IMG/VR virus record: IMGVR_UViG_3300032294_003343
Span: 64,001-128,000 of that record
Reading direction: 5' to 3' (one strand)
Length of the DNA: 64,000 bases
DNA from: a virus
The notes under the pieces were generated by a model, which did no database searches, had not been told where the DNA came from, and saw only the letters and a list, made by a program, of their open reading frames with translations. The translations under genes were made by a program, and so were the position numbers. Positions 10,084 to 22,000 of this stretch are shown here, one piece after another; position 1 is the first letter of the stretch; each line of letters starts with the position of its first letter.

Positions 10084-12993
10084 TTATAATGCAATTGGCA
10101 TATTGGTACCACGTACTGATGCTGTAATTAAGTTATTTCCTTTATCGTAGTTGTAATCTATACTTTGATATATATATCTATCTGTTGAATTGACAACTTT
10201 ACCTTGAAATACTTTAATAGAAAACTTCCCATGAAAATTCAATGGTTTTGTAACATAACATTGAAAAGATATAGAACTTATAGGGGTTTTAGAAACTAAC
10301 TCAATGCTGTCAGTAATTCTTCTCAACACCTCTTGATCTGGAATCTCATTTCTTTGTGTTGACCACATTAAGTATTTCTTGAATCCGACATATGGAGCTT
10401 GTGCTGAATTTCTTGGAGCATTTGCAAGAAATTTCAATAATCTATCAGGAATTTGTAATGTTGCAGGATCCAATGATACTGAATTATTAGAATATCTTTC
10501 ATCTGCTAAAAATCCTGTCATTGCAACCCCAAAAACTCTTACCCCAGCTGAAAGTGATTGAACATTTGTGCTTATTGTGTAATCATTAACCAAAAGTCCA
10601 TGTAAATCAGATTGAAAGTTTGTCATAAACTTTGTAGTATTTGATGCATTACTGTCAAAAGAATATCCAGTTCCTGCTGAGTTAAGACCTGTAAATTTCA
10701 AGTCAGTATCTTCGTAATTGTTTCTGCACTCTAATTTGAAACCATATTTTTCAGCCCATCTGAATGTCGGTAAAGAATAAGGGTTATTTAACCTTTCAAG
10801 CAACTTTCCTAATTTTTCATAAATTTTATCTAAGGGATTTAATTTTATAAGATCTTGATTGTTAGTAGAATTACTATTTAATCTCAAGTCAATTCCAGAT
10901 ATCACACCGCCATTGAATAAATCAGCATTATTTCTAGAATAAAATGACCAAAAACCAGAACAAGCCATAATCGAATCAATTGCTAGGTCATGTCTCATAC
11001 CAGCAATCATCAAGTTTTTATCAAAATATAGATTATCTAAAACAAAAGATGCAATGTCTTGGCAAGTGAGAGTGAAAGTGCTTTCATTTCCTTTTCTAGA
11101 ATATGATGTACTATTTATGAAGCCTTGAAAAAATGGCTTTAAATCACCTTGCACATAACCTGCTTCAATTGTCACACAAAGTAAATTATTTTCAATTGCA
11201 TCAATAAAACTTTGGCCCTCTTTAGAATCGATGTTCTTAAGAGTGATTGTTGCAGTTTTAGAAATTCTACTGAGATTTGTCAATTCTGCAGCACAATTAA
11301 CTGACCAACCTTCAACCCAAGCTGTAATATCACCAACATTGAAAAATAATTGACTAAGCACTGGGTCAATAAATTTATAATCATCAAAGCCCACATTGCC
11401 ACTTCCTACATTTGCAACTTTATTTGCGGCTAAAACTGCAGGGTGTGGAACTTCACATTGTAAAAATGCTGGACCTTCAATAGTTGTGTTATAAATTAGC
11501 TTAAATAACACTGTTTTTTTATCTGGATCAGCACTAGTAGCTAGAGGCTCTCTTATTATAGTTATGTCTTCAAATTGCTTTCCATCAAGTCTAAGATCAG
11601 CAAAATAAGAAATATTTTTATCTATTGGGTTTAATTTTTGAGATGGATTTGTAGAATTTGGTGCATCATTGTATCCAGTATTTCTAGGATTATTATTTAT
11701 CCTATATGAAGCTTGTTCAAATGTTTGTTTGACAACATTTAAAAAAGCTTGTATATTAGAAATCTTTTTCAGAGAATATCTAAATTCTGCTGTGATGTAA
11801 TTTTTTCTTTGATTAACTGGTTGATTATTATTATAATTATTAAAAATAAGTGCTGAATATCTAAACTTTAAATTAGTATTAGACAAAGAAATATACACAT
11901 AAGTCTCAGGTGGACAATATACTTCACGTCCACTAAAGTTGATTACTGTGTTCCATCTTGAAATATCTGGACTAAAGCCTATTAATAAATTTGGTCCTGC
12001 AAAATGAACAAATACATCATATGAATTCATATTATTTTTATCAAAAACAGGAGCCACTAAATCGGTTTGTGTGAAGTATTGACGTGTGTATGGATCATAT
12101 ATTTTTAAAACAGGTTTACTGTCAATCTTAAACTCTATAAAAAAATCATTTATATAGTCATTATTGGCAACAGCAGGTTTGACGATTATTCTAATTGCCG
12201 AATCGTTTGGTTGCATATTACTTGCTGAAAAATTTATGTGAAATCCATTATTTCCATTACTGCCTCTCGCATTTATCGATTGTGGAGGGCTATCATCTGG
12301 ATTATAAATTTGAGCACCAGTTTGATATACAGCATCAAAAGCTGTAGGAAATATTCTTTGAATTGTTGTGTTTGTTTTTTCAGAAGTTACTTCAACTTGT
12401 GCTCCATAATTTGGATCTTTTACAGTTCTCAAAGTACCTGTATTTCTTCCAGAAATTTTTGGACCAATATATTTATATGCTTCTGTACCACCATTATCCA
12501 AATGCCAAATATTATATGTAGTTAAGACATTTCCCAAACCACTAAATGGTATCTTTGGTAAATGCTGAGAATTGTCTACAAAATTTGATGATTGAGAAGA
12601 CACAGCACTTGTACTTGGGGTATCTACAAAAATAGGATTATATGCTGTATCAGGTCCTTTTAATCTATCAAGTACTGGGTCTATTTCATTTGGAGCTATT
12701 GCACCATAAGCAAATGTGCAAGAAGAGGCACTTATAGCTGTATTTATTTCTGGTATTTTAGCATTTTGAAGTGATGATACTGTTCTTAATCTTGAACTGT
12801 ATTTTGGTTCTGTAGTTCCATTTGAATAAGTATAAGATGGTTCAAAATCATAATTTAATACGTTCAAGTTATCTTGGGATTTTGTAGCTACAGATGCTGA
12901 GTATTCCCCTGAAAAAAATCCACTTTCAGGAGCATTCATAACACTTAAAGTGACTTTTGTTTTTAATTGTCGTGGATCTGGGGAAAGGTTCAT
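10084..12993 (-). CDS. Baseplate hub / tail-tip-like protein, 969 aa
   Basis: The C-terminal half has the GpD/gp27/Mu gp44-type pattern TATITLKN...VTIEAGY..GDLKPFFQGFINSTSYSRKGNESTFTLTCQD and ends YIYQSIDYNYDKGNNLITASVRG. Confidence 0.6.
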   Translation of the reverse strand: MNLSPDPRQLKTKVTLSVMNAPESGFFSGEYSASVATKSQDNLNVLNYDFEPSYTYSNGTTEPKYSSRLRTVSSLQNAKIPEINTAISASSCTFAYGAIAPNEIDPVLDRLKGPDTAYNPIFVDTPSTSAVSSQSSNFVDNSQHLPKIPFSGLGNVLTTYNIWHLDNGGTEAYKYIGPKISGRNTGTLRTVKDPNYGAQVEVTSEKTNTTIQRIFPTAFDAVYQTGAQIYNPDDSPPQSINARGSNGNNGFHINFSASNMQPNDSAIRIIVKPAVANNDYINDFFIEFKIDSKPVLKIYDPYTRQYFTQTDLVAPVFDKNNMNSYDVFVHFAGPNLLIGFSPDISRWNTVINFSGREVYCPPETYVYISLSNTNLKFRYSALIFNNYNNNQPVNQRKNYITAEFRYSLKKISNIQAFLNVVKQTFEQASYRINNNPRNTGYNDAPNSTNPSQKLNPIDKNISYFADLRLDGKQFEDITIIREPLATSADPDKKTVLFKLIYNTTIEGPAFLQCEVPHPAVLAANKVANVGSGNVGFDDYKFIDPVLSQLFFNVGDITAWVEGWSVNCAAELTNLSRISKTATITLKNIDSKEGQSFIDAIENNLLCVTIEAGYVQGDLKPFFQGFINSTSYSRKGNESTFTLTCQDIASFVLDNLYFDKNLMIAGMRHDLAIDSIMACSGFWSFYSRNNADLFNGGVISGIDLRLNSNSTNNQDLIKLNPLDKIYEKLGKLLERLNNPYSLPTFRWAEKYGFKLECRNNYEDTDLKFTGLNSAGTGYSFDSNASNTTKFMTNFQSDLHGLLVNDYTISTNVQSLSAGVRVFGVAMTGFLADERYSNNSVSLDPATLQIPDRLLKFLANAPRNSAQAPYVGFKKYLMWSTQRNEIPDQEVLRRITDSIELVSKTPISSISFQCYVTKPLNFHGKFSIKVFQGKVVNSTDRYIYQSIDYNYDKGNNLITASVRGTNMPIAL

Positions 12994-13028
12994 ATTAATA
13001 TTATAAAAAATAAAGTAGGTTTACACCT

Positions 13029-16000
13029 TTACTGGTCTATTGCAGTTATTGGGTAAGCAGTTGGGTATTGAGGATCTGTAGCATATCCTCCTGGTCTAGT
13101 TATAGTAAATGAGTAAGAAGATGGCGTAACGTTAGATGCTAAAATAATTGAATGATTCCCCCCAGCTGCTATATCAGAAATGCCCTGGACACTCATATTT
13201 GGAAGAACTAAACCACTTGGAATACCGTCTCTAATATTCAAAAATGTTGAACTTGGAATGGATTGAACATATCCTAACTGTCCAAAATCATTTAATCCAT
13301 AAGGGAAAAATAGTTTTTCAGATACAGCTAAGTATCCAAACTTGCCTGTTGAAACCTTGAGAAAATTTTGAGGAGGGTCTAAACCTGGAAATACATCAGA
13401 GACTATTCCTGAACTAAAATCAAATTGAGGTACTTCACTTGCTGAAAAATTGTAAAGATATATTGCATGGTCAAAGAATGGATTTTGTGAAGCTGTGATC
13501 ACAACTAATCTGTTTTCATAAGTTGAAATATCATAGGCGTATCCCCAGCCTCGTAAACTAGACAATCCAGTAAACCAAACTATTTGGTTGTCTATATCAT
13601 ATGAAAGTCCAGTTACAAATCCTGATTCATTATTAAATCCAACTTCTAGTTTGAATGGATTTAGATAATTAGTATTTCCAGGTAATAAATCTGGATTTGG
13701 ATCAATGTTTATAGGAAAAAATCCTGTATCAATAATTCCAGTTTTTGGTGTGTATCTATGACTTCCTGCTACCCATACTTGCTTATTGTCAGTAAAGGCG
13801 AGAATATAGGAATTACAAGATACATCCAATAAACCATTATTTGATGTGTAACTTGCCCCGCTGAAATTATTAGCTCTTTCAAGAATAGGTTGAAAACTAT
13901 AAATGTTTGTTCTTGGTAATGACTGTCCAAAAATTCCATTAATATTAGAACCACATACCAATAGCACTCTTTTACCTATTGTTGTATCTTCTGCAATAAT
14001 AGCTGAGCAAAAATCTCCAGCAGAAACCTTGAGAACTTTAAATTTTGATGCAAGAGGTACTAACGTCAGAGAATTTTGCTGAGTTATGTTTGACGGAAAA
14101 CCAAGTTGTCCATTGCTGTTCGACCCACTTGCATAAAGTTTTCCATCTGCATCTACTACAAAGGTGTGATATAAACCACTTTCAATTATAGTATATTGCT
14201 TTTTGTCGTCAACTAATTCAAATCCATACCTATTTGGTGAATTTGACCCACTTGCTATTGCTCCATACAATGCTTGTCCAGATGAAAACAATTTATTTGC
14301 TAACGGGTTAGGAATTGCAGAAACATTTACATCTACAGTATATCTATTTCCCAAATTTGTAGCCGGAGAAGAAGCAAATTTTTGTGTGTCAAAAACAACC
14401 AAACTTACTGTAAATATTCCAACTGTGTTAAATTGATTTGCAAAAGTTGAATTATATCCAGACTTTACGCCATCAATTGACCATTCGAATGTGATACTAG
14501 ATCCATCTTCAGGGTCATAAGAATTAGTGCCATCAAAGGTAAAAGTATCTCCAACCTTTAATTCAATATAGCCTGTAACAGTTGGCTCATTTCCAAGTAT
14601 TGCTATTGGGTTTTGATTTGGTGGTGGAGGCACAGGATCTTCAAACACAAATACTGTTTTATTAACTGGGTCAGATTCTAGACCTAAATTATCAAAAACA
14701 CTTAAAGTTATTGTATGATTACCCACACTATCAAAAGATGTTTCGAAAGTAGGTGTATTGGAGTTTTGATTCACTCCATCTTTAAGCCATTTGTATCCAT
14801 TGATGAATTGATTTGAATCAGAATCATAACTTCCAAAGGACGTAAATACTATTGGTGTATTTATTTTTATAGATACAATTCCAGGTGGCAATGTATCTAA
14901 CAATGCTATAGGTTTATTATTTTTAACAATGTAATCAAGAGTTGCTGTATTTGTTGCAGCTAAATTATCTGTTACCTTTAGAGAAACTTTGTATGTGCCT
15001 GGATTATTATAAGTTGTAGCAGCAATTACTTGATCTGATATTTTGCCATTACCAAAATCCCAAGCGTAAATGAGTGGTCCTCCTATATTGTCAGGGTCAT
15101 AACTACCAGCAGCTGAAAAAGTTACGGTAACTGGAGCAAAACTTGTATTTGACGAAGGATTAGCTGCTATATTTGCTACGGGTGGTTCATTAGGAGCATT
15201 AACTTTGACACCAATATTGGCTAAATCACTAAAAGCACCATCGTCATCTTGAACTTTCAATGTAACAGAATAAGGGATAAATCTTGGAGTGCTGAAAGTG
15301 TAAGTGAAAGATTTAGTTCTAAAAGGAGTGCCTAGCAATCCATTTATATACCATTCATAATTTACAACTGTTCCATCAAGATCATAAGAATTAGAATCAA
15401 ATGTTACTGTAAATGGTGCAGTTCCAAAGATCACATTATTTACAGGAGTGCTGCTTGTTGATATGACCGCAAATGGCTTTCTATTATTAATAAATACAAT
15501 TTTAGACGCTGTATTGGATAAACCAAAGTTATCAAAAACAGTAAGAGTTACGGTGTAGTTTCTATTGCCATCATTATAAGATTTTGTGGGATTTTTTTGC
15601 AGTGGATCAGTTGTAGTAAAATTAGTGCCATCTCCAAAGTCCCAAGACCATCTAACTAAAGAATTTTCAGGATCACTTGAATTATCAATAAATGTTATCG
15701 GATCAAAAGTGAATGCACCTATTGGACTGTATGAAAAATTTGCAACAGGTGGTTGATTGTTTATTTGAATCGTCTTAGTAGAATCAACAGTTTCAAGACT
15801 TACACCACTACGATTATCAGTTGCGGTCAATTTAGCAATGAAAACACCAACTGTTTTATATATATGAGAAATTGGAGCAGGATTGACAAATTGTGTAGAG
15901 GTGCCATCTCCAAAGTCTAATCTATAAAGGATGATAGAACCATCTGGATCTCTAGAGTTTGATACATCGAAAACAAAAGTATCATTTATTACTCCAGAAT

Positions 16001-19000
16001 TTTTATCAACATTCAAGATAGCAATTGGAAGAATATTGTCAGGAGCTGTGACATTTACTGAAACGCTAGCGGTATTAGAAGCACCAAAATCATCAGTAAC
16101 TGTTAGGGACACTGTGTATGATCCTTCTGTTGCAAAGTTAATTGTGGCATTTGGTGTAGATGCAACAATTGTGCCAGCTATACTCCAACTATAGGATACA
16201 ATAATTCCATCTTCATCTGTTGATGTATCACCATTGAATGTCAAGCTACCAGGTGCCTTTACAGATAATGATGTGTATGTAATTCTAGATACAGGATTTC
16301 TATTAGTAACAGTAATCAACAAATTATCCGTAGATGTATCACCTATATTATCAGTAACTGTAAGAGAAGCGTTATATGTTCCAGGTTTGGCATATATATG
16401 AGGCTCTGTAATTCTTCCTTGAGAAATAATTGTGCCATCACCAAAATTCCAAGCATATTTAGTGATGTTTCCATCACTATCATTTGAGTTGTTTCCAAAG
16501 AAATTAACTTGAGTCTTAGATAATACTGGATTTGGAGAGGCTGTAATTATTGCAACTGGAGGATTGTTTTTGACGATAATATCTAAAACATAAGTATTTG
16601 TAAGATTGCCATCATCAGTAACTGTTAGCTTTACTGGGTATGTACCTGATTTAGTAAATGTATGAGAAACATTTTTTTGATATGTTTGAGCGTTAAGGAA
16701 TAAAGTACTGCCTGTTTCAAATTCCCAAAACCAACTTACTATTTTTCCGTCAGCATCAGTGGAAACATCTGTGAATAATATTGTGGCTGGTGCCAAAATA
16801 TTATTGGAATTAATTACAAATAAAGCTTGAGGTGGTTGATTTACTGGTGGCGGGACGACAGTAAATTTAATTGACGAAGTGGCTGTTTTCTTATTTGTTC
16901 CATCGGGCAAACCATCATCAGTCACAGTGAGAACAACTGTATATTCTCCTGGAAATAAATAAGTATTAGTTGGGTTTTTTAAAGTTGGATCAGTTGTCGA
17001 AAATGTTTTTCCATCACCAAAATTCCAATTCCATTGAGTGATAAAACCATCAGGGTCAGAAGATGTTTCGGTAAATTTAACAACTAATGGTTTGAAACTC
17101 GTTTGATTGCCTGTAATATTTGAAATTACTGGTGCTTGATTTACTAATGGATTTACAATTACTTCTTTAGTAATGGAAGTTGATTTACCACCATTGTCTG
17201 TAACTGTAAGAGAAACTAAATATCTTCCAGCAGAAAAATAAGTATGAGATGGATTTTGTACATTATCTGTAAAACCATCATCAAAGTCCCAATTCCAAGA
17301 AGCAATCGTACCGTCAGCATCAGTTGAAGTATCAACAAAATCAATCACTAATTTTCTATTCTGCTGAGAGTAAATGAAGTTTGCAATTGGCGGATTATTT
17401 CCTGGAGGCAAAACTGTAATTTCAATTGTTCCTGACACTTGGAGCCCTCCAGAATCAGTTACAGTAAGAACAACTCTATATTTGCCAGGATTAGCATAAA
17501 TGTGTTCTGGATTTTGAACGTCAGCTGTTTGATTATCTCCAAAGTTCCAGTTCCAAGCAACTAACGGTCCCTCATCATCACTTGAAGTATCAGTAAATTG
17601 CACTTTTAATGTTGGAGAAAATGAGGTTTGAGCCCACTTGAAATTTGGTGATGGTGGATTATTTACTACACCATTTACATTAATTGTTGGACCGAAATAT
17701 TTGCTTGATAATCTTGCTAAATTATCCTTGACAAAAAGAGTTGGTGTAAATGAACCTGCTCTTGTGTAATCATATGTAAAAGGTGTATTATCAAATTTAA
17801 TTGCAGTATTTCCATCACCAAAATCCCATTCATAAATTTGAATAAATGATCCATCATTTGCTGGATTAGATTGATCTGTAAAAGTAACAGTTAGCGTAAC
17901 ATCTCCAGAGGTAGGAGTTGCTGAAAATTTAGCTTGAGGCGAAAGATTATTTACTGGAGCTGGATTGACTGTTATTATTATTGAAGCCGGAGCACTACTT
18001 ACACCACTAGCGTTTGTAACAATAAGAGTTACTTTATATTCAATAGCATTCGTTGTGTTATTAACAAAAGTGTGTGCTGGATTTTCTTCTGTAGATTGAG
18101 TGTTGTCACCAAAATTCCAAGCATAAGTGAGTGTGCTACCACCAGGATCATAAGAATTAGTAGAAAGAAAATTCACAATCAGGGCAGATTGTCCGCTAGT
18201 AGGATTTGCTTGTATATTGGCAACAGGTGCTAATGATTCAACTGTAGAGCCTGAATTATTTACACATTCAATATCGAACTTTCTGATTCCCAAAATTTTT
18301 GAATATGGATGAAATAAAACTGCTTCTAAAAAACATTTACCTGTGTCGTAAGCTACAAAAACTTTTCCATCATACTCTTGTTTTTTGCATGTAATTAAGG
18401 CTGGTTTTTGTCTAGGAACTTCAGCATTGAGTTCACTATCAGTTTCAAAATAAGTTATAATATTTTGCCTATTTATTAATTCTGAAACTAAACTTTCATC
18501 TAATTTTCCTTTGATTAAGTGTAATTTGTCAGTACGTTTTTTACCCAATGAGCTTGAAGATAATCCGTATTCGAAGTAATAAATTCCACCATTACACCAA
18601 AAAACAGATCTATGTAAGCCTAATTTTTCATCATAATCAGATGTCAATCCATAAATATTATATTTTTCATCTAAAGTATTACCAGCAATAGCATCTAAAT
18701 CAAAAAGTGTATTTCTTTCTTGTGCCTGATAATTTGAAATAAGTTTGAAATTAATTTTTCTTGGTGATGCATTTAAAGAGTATGCAACAATATAATCTCT
18801 TGATGAAATTTGAACAACAGTAGGAAAAGAAGAATATGCTATACCTGAAGATGTTATTGGCTCTATCAATCTAAAATCAGATATATATGTTGGGGCAATA
18901 CCATCTACAAAAATTGTTTTATCTGTAACAGGTTCTTTAATATTAGTAGTATTTAATGAAATTGATCTAAAAACAATTGCCCCTGGATCTGCATATCCAA

Positions 19001-22000
19001 CATTGAATAATTGTGGTGCTTCATCAGAAATTACATAAGAATTATATTTTGTTCCTTTAAAAGCTTTAGCTAAAGTCGAAAAGTTAGCATCAGTCTTTGC
19101 TTGTCCATCTATATATGGAAACCATGAAAGCTTATTTCTCATGTCAGTGTTTGCAGCAATTAAAGAATCATAATCGTGCGAACTTGTTGCATTTACATTC
19201 GAGTTTCTTTCTGTAAGCAAAAATGTGTTTATTCTAGATCTTTGATTGATATGCTTATCTGATGATATGACAAATGGAAATTCACCCTTAACTGTTACTC
19301 CAAGTCCTGTAATAGTGTTATAGCCTACAGGATATTTTTCGTACTGTTGATTGAAAAAAGAATCAGTAGAGATAATTGCTGTTTGATTTTCTTCACCAGG
19401 TTTTGTTGTAGGCACAGTATAAGCAATTATTATAGATTTTTCAAACCCTGATTCGCAAGCTGAAAGATTTGTAGCAACATTTTGTTTTCCACCTTTGTAA
19501 GCTGCTCTCTCTCTTTTTGCTTGAGACATATTTCTAGTAGAGCTTCTAAATTGTGAAGGTGTTGTGAAATTTTTTGATTTTTCTAGTTCTATATAATGGT
19601 CTATTTTATTCTTTCCATATACTGAACCAGTTTCAAAATAACCCTTAGCATCTGATTCTGAAGATCCTTTATTGCTTCTTGTAGATGCTTCTAATAAATT
19701 TGCTTTTCTTAAGTTATCTGGAGTGCTTATTTGAGGAGGTAGTATCAGACCGTATCCTGGTCCTCTTGCTATAAATCCACCTCTTATGTGTAAAGTAGAT
19801 TCTTGTATAGTGCCATCTTCATTCCTAAGCGATGAATTTCCAAATAAATCTGGTTTGCCTGGGGGAAAATCTCCATTTATTCTATGAAATATTGTTTGAG
19901 CTAAAATTGTTTGTAGATCATTGAAAGAAATATTTATTGCGTTGATATAAGAAGTGCCAGAGCCACTGTTTTTCCCACTTGGTATAGCTAAAAGTCCATT
20001 ACCATAAACCCAAGTAGAATATCCAGTATCCGAATTAAGATACTCAGGGTCGAGTTTGATACCATATATTCTATTACCAGTAATTGGATCTACAGGATAG
20101 CTTTTCTCAACTTTTTTTGCCTTCCAACCTGGGTGTCTAATTATTTTAGCTTCAGAATTATTAGGGTCAAGCCATCTTGGATTTACATATGGATCTACTT
20201 TAGAGATATCATCACATAACTCTGATATAGATTTAGGTGACAGAGTCCATGTATTTAGGTTAGGAGTTACTGTATTCTGCCAAGTAATATCGCCTTCTTC
20301 TTCGTCTCTCGCATCAGTATTTTGCTGCCAAAATCTTCTCGTGTAATAAGTTGTTTCAAAATCACTTGAAACTTGAAATTTTGTTTTTTCTACAAAAGTA
20401 TTATTATTACCAGATGTTACAAAATTGCTTAATGAATTATTACGTACAAGTTTTACTTTTCCTAATTGTAATTGATCATTGTCAATTTCGATTTTAGAAA
20501 TTCTTGATATTCCATAATAAGGACCATTGGAAGCTTCATCTTCAGGTGCGTCATCAATAGCATTAACTTCAGGACCAGAAGGAGTAATAAAAATTAAATT
20601 AGTGTTTAGAACAGTGTCAGCTGGAAAAGTTTTTTCAACCAGTCTTACAGGCTTGACTGTTATGACAGGAGCATTTGCAGACAAAATAAAATCTTTGTTA
20701 TTTACTAGTCTTGGTATACCTTCATAATCAGGTGGACTATTCTTGTCAAGTTTAGAATATTCTATATTAGCCCTGTAAAAATTTTGATATTTTTCTACTC
20801 TGTCAATTTTTACTATTATGCTTGCAAATTTATCATCTGAAAAATTATCTAAAAATTTTAATCTAATTGATGAGCCAGCTGCAAATTTGTTATTAATGTT
20901 ATAGTCTGAAGGAATTTGAATAGTAAAATATGCTTTACCTGTATTAGCAACGTCATTAACATAATCAATAATTTTGTAAGACTTGACTAAATTCTTAACT
21001 TTATCTTCAACCTCTATTCCATCGTAAGGAATTACTTGACTACTCTCATAAGAAGGGATTGGGTTAATATAGATAATTCCACTGCCATCTACAAAATCAA
21101 AAGTTGTTCTTGATACAACTTCTGATTTGTCTGGAAGTCCTGGATCAAAATCATAAACTTCGAACTCGTCAGGATACTTTCCATCGGTGCCTCGATTTAA
21201 TAATTCATCAATTGATTTACCAGAAGTTATGTCGTTTTTAACTATATAAATGAATAGTTCTTTACGAGATGTATCTAGATTGCCACCATTCCAAGGTTTT
21301 GCTAATTTGATCTTGCCATTGTTAATTCTTGGTTTGCCAAATATTACATTGGTACCAATACCAGTCTTTGGGAATGCACTTGTATTGACTTCGAAGTAAT
21401 CTACAATATTTTCTTTCGTATCAGTAAGATATACAATTCCAGAATTCTTAATTTTTTGCTTTATATCATCTGTAATCCAAACTAATGATTCTGTATTTCT
21501 GTTTGGTTTTGTAATTAAGAAATTATCTTTTGGTAAATTTTCAGTTGATAAATATCCAATTGGACTTGTAGATTGGGGCTTTGATGTGGTGAATGTATTA
21601 AGTCTAGGATATGGGGAATCTTGATTATCAACATCATCTATCTTATTGTCAGGATTACAAAGATCAATTCTTAATGTTTTGAAAGATGAAGAGTCTGTAG
21701 ATATTTTGTAACTCTTAACAGATTCATTTTTCGAATTTGATTGTAATGTAGGACCCTTGGAAGTTTCTGTAATTAATAAGTTACCACTTTGAAGTTGCCC
21801 TGAAGATTTCAATTCAATTTCTAAATATCTATACCCTGAAAGATTTTGGTCACCATAATAATGTGGCTCACTTTCACTACCATTATAGAATCTTACATTA
21901 CCAGTGCCTTCTATAATAAATTCTTTATCTTGTGACAAAGACATAGAATTGAACTTCCAGCCTCTTAATGGTATGGGCACTGAACCTGGGAAATCATATT